Shown: piece by piece, positions 55,348-64,000 of the stretch
How positions within the stretch are numbered: position 1 is the first letter of the stretch
Layout of the letters: each line of letters opens with the position of its first letter
Assembly (NCBI RefSeq): GCF_002113885.1
Contig: NW_018408883.1
Coordinates: 235,933-299,932 of the forward strand
Length of the DNA: 64,000 nucleotides
DNA from: Mizuhopecten yessoensis
Lineage: Eukaryota
Direction: 5' to 3'
Notes under the pieces: model-generated
What the model saw: the letters and a program-made list of their open reading frames with translations, nothing else
Told to the model about the DNA's origin: nothing
Database searches by the model: none
Made by a program: the position numbers and the translations under genes

Positions 55348-55795
55348 CGTGATGTGATCGATTAAAGTGGTTACATACGCGATGTGATCGGTTATAGTGG
55401 TAACATACATGATGTGATCGGTTATAGTGGTAACATACGTGATGTGATCGGTTATAGTGGTAACATACGTGATGTGATCGGTTATAGTGGTAACATAGTG
55501 ATGTGATCGAGTATAGTGGTAACATACGTGATGTGATCGATAAAAGTGGTTACATACGCGATGTGATCGATTATAGTGGTAACATACGTGATGTGATCGG
55601 TTATAGTGGTAACATACGTGATGTGATCGGTTATAGTGGTAACATACGTGATGTGATCGGTAATAGTGGTAACATACGTGATATGATCGGTTATAGTGGT
55701 AACATACGTGATGTGGTCGGTAATAGTGGTAACACACGTGATGTGATCTGTTATAGTGGTAACATACGTGATGTGATTGATTATAGTGGTAACAC
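55348..55795. repeat. 30-bp tandem array, ~15 copies (intron 2)
   Basis: GATGTGATCGGTTATAGTGGTAACATACGT. Confidence 0.95.
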
Positions 55796-56706
55796 GCATG
55801 TTGTGGTTGTGAAAATTTGTTTGAAAGAAGTGAATATGTTTGATAGAACTTAACAAGGTATGATTATATGATGATTGCATTCTAAGGCATATTGTGATGG
55901 TCAAGCTGTTGTTATACTTTTTACGTGCTAGTATGAACATCATGCATTTTCATATCAAAGGTTCATACAATATACAGTGTATATTTCGCTACGGTTGGCA
56001 TGTGCATGTATAATTACGCTACTGTAAGATACACATTCCTTGTGTATTCCCAATACTTATCTTCTGTATGATCGAACGTATATCAGCTACACCATAGGCT
56101 ACGTGTAATGATATATTTACACTGTACATGTATATGAATTCAAAGCGTATTAATATAACCAAGCGGTCACTATAGCCTCAGTTAATACACTACATTACTT
56201 CTTTAATTTATTATATTATTATCAATAGTATCCAAATAACTAAACCATTTCTAACGATGTAAATAACTTTCACCACAAAGTTTAGCTTATAAACACTTCT
56301 AAAACTAAATATAGCGGTTAACGTCATTTTAATGGAATGCATCACTTTTTATACATTTTCGATAATATTTTAAACATTCATTTTACATTTTCTTTGAATT
56401 TAAGAATTTTATTGGGTAGCTTTTTGGATGAATTCATACATATAAATAGGTAAAATATTAAATTAATTCCGATTTTTCTCATAAAATCAAATATCAAACC
56501 TCATAATACTTTCCTTGAACTTAAAAGTCTCTTTCATTTACATGTTGTTGACGTGTCCTTGTTTTAAATAATTCAAAAAACATTTCGAATTAACAAGGTT
56601 TCACCGATTTTAGTAAATTTAGACATATCTTAAAAACAATTCACTCTACACTAAATGACTTTTCAAAAGTAGAGCATTGTATTAATTTAGTATTATATGT
56701 TTTCAG

Positions 56707-56862
56707 CAAAGAGCTATACGAATCGAGGCAGTCGCTAGAGATCAAATGGAAAAATATGAAAAATACATAAAAAATTTGAAAGCTAAAGTCGAGATTCAAC
56801 GAGAAGCACGCAAAAAGCAATACGAGGATCTAACAGAACGTCTGCGACAGAAGGAGGAAGAG
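56707..56862 (+). CDS. Same gene, exon 3, charged coiled coil (QRAIRIEA...RQKEEE)
   Basis: Acceptor GTTTTCAG, donor GAG|GTACTA, 156 nt, phase 0-0, E/K/R/Q-rich. Confidence 0.9.
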
Positions 56863-57558
56863 GTACTAGTATTGTTTATTATAGCTTGTCAACAATGGGT
56901 AGTTGATTGTAAGTATTTATCTAACTCCAATTAATCTATTCCATGTGTTAGGATACATCTATACATTAAGGGTTTTTAAATGGGTCATAGTATATTGTAA
57001 ACGTATCTCTCCAACAGCCACGAAAGGTTTCCTCACCTCAGACTCATTAGATCAACCTGCTGGGAGTTGGTAAACCTTGTTGGTTACCTACTAGTGGGTA
57101 ACACCCTGGGCGTGATTTCATTGGTCAATCTTCTAGTTATGAAGTCATGTAACAATGCCTTGCGACGTCATCTTCCATTGTGACGTCAATGAACATGAAA
57201 ATTGTTTCCAGGATGGGAAACGCGAATAACGTATTCCTAAAACGAAACATATGATTTTCTATATATATATATTGACGTTGTGGGAGAAAAAAGGTCCCCA
57301 AACTCGATGAAATAAACACCATGTCTTTATACATTTTGAAAATCAACTTACTCGAAATAGATAAACATTATAATCAACCACAACTCATTCATCTTATCAC
57401 ATTGATAGTACACTATACACATATTTAGAAGTAGAATAAAGTTATCTTTTACAAATGCAGCTGTAAAATTTTCTAAAACATAATAGCTGCTTAATGAAGT
57501 ACATTTATGTTGACAAATGTGATAAATTTAGGAACTTGTTTCACTTGACACTCACATA

Positions 57559-57784
57559 CTGTGAAATCAGATATTTTCGTGGGTCCAAATTTCGTGTTTT
57601 AAAATTGCAATTTTTTTTAAATAAATCGTGGGTTCATGAATTCGTTGGTTACGAGTTCAAACTCAAACGGAGAATTGCTTGAAGTCAAACTTGTAACTAT
57701 TTCGTGGACCTATGAATTCTTGGATGAAGATTTTCCACGAAATCAACGAAATTAAAACCACAACATAAATTAGGGATTTCAGAG
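57559..57784. mobile_element. Tc1/mariner-type MITE
   Basis: TA|CTGTGAAATC ... GATTTCAGAG|TA with internal TTCGTGG/CCACGAA sub-repeats; a related degraded copy lies near 62400-62580. Confidence 0.65.
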
Positions 57785-57997
57785 TATATCAATGAAATTA
57801 TTACCGTTGTAAACTGTGCATTTACCTACTATCCAATAAATTATAATGCCTTGAATATATATATGAATAATGGCATCACGAAGTTTTCCAACGTGACGTC
57901 CGTCAGTATATTCCAATGAGGACACTTCACGAGTATTACGTTTATACGGTTGATAAGATATTTTTAAGATTTTCTAACTTTGGTTCTTTCATTCCAG

Positions 57998-58096
57998 GAT
58001 AAAAAACGGCGATATCTTGTATTAAAAAGGCCTAAGATGGAATACGTCCATGACAGAAAATATCTCAAGAAACTTCCAAAATCTAAGTTTACAAAG
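57998..58096 (+). CDS. Same gene, exon 4 (DKKRRYLVLKRPKMEYVHDRKYLKKLPKSKFTK)
   Basis: Acceptor TTCTTTCATTCCAG, donor AAG|GTTTGT, 99 nt, phase 0-0. Confidence 0.88.
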
Positions 58097-58506
58097 GTTT
58101 GTTAAATAACACAAGTTGTCATATATTCCCGTGTTATTGTCGTTTGATTAAGAAGTTCATACATGTAACAAGGACGTATGATATTTCAAAACTTAAATGA
58201 CATCAGGATTACATTTGAGTTATTTTTACTTACTGTGTGCAGGGTTTTAAATTTATGAACCTTAAACAACGGGGGAAAAAATAAAAAAAAGGATTTATAT
58301 TTAAAACAATTTTGATGCTAGCTATATATTGATGCATCATTGATCTCTGAAAACGTAGTGGAAGTGTGTGTGTGTAGTTGAAGAAATGGGATGCATTTAT
58401 GTTCTATTTAATGATTTAATTTATGTATCTATTTTTGATGTCTATTTATTTATTTTGTAAACCTGTAAGCTGATATAGTTGTAATATAATGTAATTTTGA
58501 TTGAAG

Positions 58507-58642
58507 ATGGTGCTGTTATCGGATGATCTTCAGAAGAAGGGAGTTTTACACACCAGAACAGATGTGGACCGATTTTGGAACGATTTCGGGAAATCTGGAA
58601 TGGAAACCGATATTTTCGCTACAAAAGATCCCCTGAAAGAAG
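58507..58642 (+). CDS. Same gene, exon 5 (MVLLSDDLQKKGVLHTRTDVDRFWNDFG...DPLKE)
   Basis: Acceptor TTTTGATTGAAG, donor AAG|GTAGGG, 136 nt, phase 0-1. Confidence 0.85.
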
Positions 58643-59266
58643 GTAGGGCATTCTGAACATATAAAATATGTTTTGTCTAATGACGTTATATGTGCTGTCT
58701 AATGACGTTATATGAATTGTCTAACGTCGTAATATGTATTGTCCAATGGCGTTATATGTATTGTCCAATGGCGTTATATATATTGTCTAATGACGTTTTA
58801 TGTGCTGTCTAATGACGCAATATGTATTGTCTAATGTCGTAATATGTATTGTTCAATGGCGTTATATGTATTGTCTAATGACGTTATATGAATTGTCTAA
58901 CGTCGTAATATGTATTGTCCAATGGCGTTATATATATTGTCTAATGACGTAATATGTACGATCTAATGATATAAATTGTACTGTCTAATGACGTTATATA
59001 TATTGTCTAATGACGTAATATGTCCTATCTAATAACGTATTATGTCCTGTCTAATGAAGTAATATGTCCTGTCTAATGACCTTATATGTATTGTCTAATG
59101 ACGTTATATGTACTGTTTAATGACGTCATATGTACTGTCTAATGACGTAACATGTTCTGTCTAATGACGTAATATGTTCTATCTAATGATGTAATATGTA
59201 CGGTCTAATGACGTAATATGAACTGTCCAATGGCGTGATATGTACGGTCTAATGACGTAATATATA

Positions 59267-59732
59267 TTGTTACACCTCAAGTGAATTTCTAGCTATTTGA
59301 TTGGTTGGGAGAAAATTAAACAAAAATCTCTGTCACCTTCCCAAAATACATTGGTTTAAAATTTGATATTGCCATGAGACAGTGAAAAATATCACATGCG
59401 CGAAAAATGTGCGTTCACCGCTCCGTTTCCCCACCGTGATGGTCACAAGAACGTTTGACGGCAACAGCCAATATTATCAAGCGCCGGTGCGATAGCGATT
59501 GTAAACAGCAGACTATCAACAAACAGGATGTCATTATCGAGGTTTGCTGCCGTTTCTGAGCTACAAAGACTTTTGGTGTAAAAAAATAGATATGACATTC
59601 ATTAGCAGGTGACAGTGATTATTGTCAACCCTCAAACACCCATTGTCACCCTCTGCTTCGCCTCGGGTGACAATGGTTTTCTCGGGTTGACAATATTCAT
59701 TGTCATCTGCTAATGAATGTCATATTTATATA
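59267..59732 (+). mobile_element. Crypton-like non-autonomous element, copy 1
   Basis: No TIRs; 6-bp direct repeat TATATA/TATATA; 136-bp subterminal palindrome at 59590-59725; mini-ORF MSLSRFAAVSELQRLLV* at 59528. The family label is inference. Confidence 0.7.
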
Positions 59733-60041
59733 CTGTCCAAAGACGTAATATGTACGGGTCTAATGAAGTAATATGTACTGTCCAATGACGTAATATGTAC
59801 GGTCTAATGACGTAATATGTTCTGTCTAATGACGTAATATGTACGGTCTAATGACGTAATATGAACTGTCCAATGGCGTGATATGTACGGTCTAATGACG
59901 TAATATATACTATCCAAAGACGTAATATGTACGGTCTAATGACGTAATATGTACTGTCCAATGACGTAATATGTACGGTCTATTGTCGTGATATTTACTG
60001 TCTAATTACGTTATATGTACCATCTAATGACGTAATATGTA

Positions 60042-60514
60042 TTGTTACACCTCAAGTGAATTTCTAGCTATTTGATTGGTTGGGAGAAAATTAAACAAAA
60101 ATCTCTGTCACCCTCCGAAAATACATTGGTGTTAAGGGGCGCGGGTGATATTGCCATGAGACAGTGAAAAATATCACATGCGCGAAAAATGTGCGTTCAC
60201 CGCTCCGTTTCCCCACCGTGATGGTCGAAAGAACGTTTGACGGCAACAGCCAATTTTATCAAACGCCGGTGCGATAGCGATTGTAAACAGCAGACTATCA
60301 ACAGACAAGATGTCATTATCGAGGTTTGCTGCCGTTTCTGAGCTACAAAGACTTTTGGTGTAACAAAAAAGATATGACATTCATTAGCAGGTGATAGTGA
60401 ATATTGTCAACCGGAGAAAACCATTGACACCGGAGGCGAAGCGGGGGGTGACAATGGGTGTTTGGGGGTTGTCAATATTCACTGTCACCTGCTAATGAAT
60501 GTCATATTTATATA
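60042..60514 (+). mobile_element. Crypton-like non-autonomous element, copy 2
   Basis: Same termini as copy 1; flanking hexamers TATGTA/TATATA; palindrome at 60372-60507 with inverted centre. Confidence 0.7.
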
Positions 60515-61007
60515 CTGTCTAACGACGTAATTAGTATTGTCTAATGCCGTCATTAGAGGTTATTTCTCAAATAGTATTCCTACTCCCATATTATTTCACA
60601 AACAGGTGTAAAATAAAGTGCATATTAAGCATTCGATTAGTAATGGTCCATTTGAATTTACGTGACGTGTTACCAATGAAAAACATAGTGTTCATCAGAA
60701 CGGGTTTTGTAGGTATGTTGAAGATAAAAGCGAGATACAGAACGTTTAACATATGTAAACAATGTTAATCCACAAACTGATTCTGTTTGTAATTAAGTCA
60801 AACTACAAACAAGGAAAGTTAATGTTGTGTGTTTCTGTTGTGCTTATACCACGTTTTATCTAAACAATTCATGTTTTGTTTCATCATTATAAGCCGCATT
60901 TGAGAATCCCTTTAACGTAATAACCTGATTTGAAAATTCAGCTGGCTTAGTAATGTTCAAAACTTTAATGTATAAATGTTATTGCAAGCATTTGTTTTCT
61001 CTCTCAG

Positions 61008-61222
61008 TTCAAGAATCAAATGAATGGATAGGGCGACGACTTCCGGGCCCGCCCCCTCCCAGGAAGGACACATATGGAAATAAGGGCTATCCCCTTCCAC
61101 CTCTCATCAGCAAAAAGAAAAAGAAAAAACAAAAGCCAATGGAAGAATCAACAGGGCAAGGAGGAACTATGAACGCGCCAAGCATTCACATAGAGGGTGA
61201 CGCTGAGGATACCGAGAATTGA
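61008..61222 (+). CDS. Same gene, probable terminal exon (VQESNEW...PGPPPPRK...KKKKKK...EDTEN*)
   Basis: Acceptor TTTTCTCTCTCAG; phase 1 matches exon 5; TGA at 61220-61222. Confidence 0.82.
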
Positions 61223-61276
61223 ACTAGCAATGTATAACGTTATTAAATTGTAGACTCAGACTTTTTTCTTGTATAG

Positions 61277-61282
61277 AATAAA
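61277..61282 (+). terminator. Candidate polyadenylation signal AATAAA
   Basis: 55 nt after the stop codon, followed by T/GT-rich sequence. Confidence 0.45.
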
Positions 61283-62689
61283 GCCTTTTGGTAATGGTGA
61301 CATTGCTGATTTTGCATTCAGCATCTCACACGATCGGACCGGATTATCAAAGTTGTGGGAAATATTGTGGAAGTGCTTAACAATACAAAACACAGTCAAC
61401 CCCACTCGTCTATGACCTTTATTCAAATTATTCGACTACCAACAAAAACTGGTCAAACATCATTATCTTGGTATGTTATTACTGATGTCCTTTTTGTTTT
61501 GTAAAAACTTTTTACAAGTGTTTAATTGAGACAACTTTGAGATTGTCATGATGCGAGAGGATTATGATAACATTAAAAATGTAATGATATAAAATCTTGG
61601 TACATTATATGACATAAAGATATAATAATCCACGCTGGTCCTATCAAAGAAATAACACGTATAATGCTGTGGTAAGACCATTGTTTCCTGTGAGTACAAT
61701 GTAAATCATTAGTTCTGGTAGGTACTTGTTTCTGTAGGAACAATATCTACAACTTAATAAATCTTATATTTTTCAAAGATACTCGATATAGGCGCATGCT
61801 TTGAACAACTTTAATTTATCCATTTATATATTTTTTTAATTTCACTGTTTCTTATAACTGATTTATTAACATTTAATTGAAAGTTCTCAATTTTTTATAG
61901 TAAACGTATCATAAACGCGATGTATATTTTCAGTTTTTTAATTTAATATTGTCAAAAATCGACGGCAATGTATATAATAATCATTCGTATGGTATAGTGA
62001 ACAGGGCTGCGTTTCTCGAGTGTCTTTTTTCGACTACATGTATAGCTGTATTGTTATCGTACAGCGCTGCCACAGCCGTAAGGTATTATTGCAGTAAGTA
62101 CTGGACTAGCTACGGACCGATCGATCTTTGGGAGTATTAACTGTCTGTTGTCAGTATCGGTCACACTGTCGTATTTATTAAAGTTAAATAATAAAAATAT
62201 TGTGTGTTTTCTCGACTCTTTTTATCCACTTTTGCTATAATGTCACATCTGACGATATGCTACCCTTGTGACAAATAAATTGAAACCCCCAACGTAAAAA
62301 AATGAAGTCGAATGTCAGTCTTAACTAAAAAGTATCGTACAAGGAAATAGCTCTTTGAACCTTGAGGATGCATGTATAAGGACCTACAGGTACTTTGAAA
62401 CAAAATATTTTCGTTCGTGGAGCTCCAATTTCCGACGAATTCCCATGTGGGAACATGAGTTCGTGGACTATGAGTAACCACTAGAACGGAGAATACCTTT
62501 ATAACAAATCTGTAAAAATATGAAGATTTCCCACGAAATTATTGAAATCAAAAAACCACGAAAATTCATTATATATCTTACATTTGGAGTCAGGCCCTAT
62601 ATTTTTATACTTAAAGTGCTTTGCAAGGGATTACTATACCTTTATTGTCGGCTAATTGAAGTAAGGGGATACTTGTTATATTTGAGTTT

Positions 62690-63540
62690 AGGGGAAATTT
62701 CTACAAATAGTCCCTGGTTTGTAACGATTCATCATGTTTAGTCATGGCTTACTGCGGCGCTACATTCCGTGTGGAAAATATATCCAAATACCATTTAAAC
62801 CATGACAGTTTTCTAGCTTTTGGCTACCACAGATTATTCATACTTTTATCAGTATTTCATGTGTAAACTGTGTCAGAATAAATTCCATCTTCAAGGCTAC
62901 GGGGGATTAATAGTCCACCAGCAACACACCAAAACCTGAATCTCACTTTCCAAGTTATCTCCCTTTAATAGATTGCGATACACAAATTCCCGTTGTCGCG
63001 TGTCGTTTTTATCATTTGACCAGATATTTGTTGTATTTGAGGTGAGGGAAAATTTCTACAATTAATAGTCCCTGGTTTATAACGATTCATCAGTCATGGC
63101 CTATTGCCGCGCTACAGTCCGTGTGAAAAGAAAACCGAAAATGTATCAAAAAAACAAAGTTAGCCAAAATTACCAAAGTTAGCCAAAATTAATAAACAAA
63201 ATAATGCGGAATGCAGCAAGCAAAATTGAATATTTTACAGCATCATATGGTAATTTCGTCCGTTTAGGTATCCTCTGTGACAAATTCAGACAAAACAATG
63301 AACAATTAATGTCTTAACTGAACCGAATAATATGTAGAATACAGCAAAAACGTAAAGGTTCTTATGAAAAGCTTTAAAACGCTACACATTTATAACGTTT
63401 TGCTGGCACAGATAATTTATATTGTAATTAGTATTTCATATGTATATACCTAAACCGGAACCTCATGGATATCCGAGTTACCTCCCTTTTATCGTTTGCG
63501 ATACACAAATTCCCGTTGTCGCATGTGGTCTTCATTTCTC
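62690..63540. repeat. Diverged direct duplication, second copy with an internal insertion
   Basis: 62691-62778 matches 63046-63130 and 62950-63020 matches 63473-63540. Confidence 0.8.
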
Positions 63541-64000
63541 AGCTTTTGATGAGACATTTTTGAAAAATCGAACCACTTTAATATGATAATCTCTACTTTG
63601 TTAAAGGAAAATCACACGAAACTCACATTTACCTGATCATGAGGTATTGTGTAAGCATTCAAAGGCAGAATATAACCAACCCCTCTACCGTCTAAACTTC
63701 TGGTGAGTTTTCTATGATAGTTTTAAATGGAATAAACTGTGAACAAATTGTTTGTTTAAATGTACATTTCAATGAGTGAAATTCATACTATAAAATAAAT
63801 TTCACAGCACACATACGAAGTTGTTGATATTAACATCACATCCATCATGTTTAAGTTATCATACCCTCGTCCTACCCCGATCAGCTGAGTCAGTCTATTT
63901 GTTGACTATCCAGCTAAACGTTTCTGGTGATTATATTATATAAAACATTGATATGAAGATTATTTCGGCTTTACACTACTGCAGTAATTATCGCATTACA

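Larger units (their letters stand above)
58674..60550. repeat. 22-bp satellite (TGTCTAATGACGTAATATGTAC)n interrupted by two insertions (intron 5)
   Basis: Direct read; three blocks at about 58674-59266, 59733-60041 and 60515-60550. Confidence 0.95.

Noticed and set aside
53940-55943. Repetitive ORFs in the 42-bp and 30-bp arrays
   Set aside because: Broken by stops or a frameshift, intronic, and without supporting splice sites.

Overview
AT-rich animal genomic DNA. The SINE, MITE and satellite types suggest a mollusc, probably a bivalve (inference only). One assembly gap (12803-13070). Best-supported content: (i) a six-exon + strand gene of unknown function (43841-61222, about 300 aa, coiled-coil middle, consistent splice phases, AATAAA); (ii) an internally deleted DIRS1-type tyrosine-recombinase retrotransposon (8942-12011) with both inverted terminal repeats and the internal complementary region; (iii) two ~470-bp Crypton-like non-autonomous elements in one 22-bp satellite, whose terminal palindromes have opposite central orientation, with an empty target site between them; (iv) about ten unrelated tandem arrays (11-108 bp units); (v) SINEs, MITEs and stand-alone hairpins; (vi) an old head-to-head inverted duplication with promoter-like conservation (20.06-20.56 kb vs 23.28-23.78 kb); (vii) a candidate antisense spliced transcript with a 13-nt micro-exon in intron 1 of the gene. 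No prokaryotic genes, CRISPR array, rRNA or intact tRNA gene found. All alignments and copy counts were done by eye.
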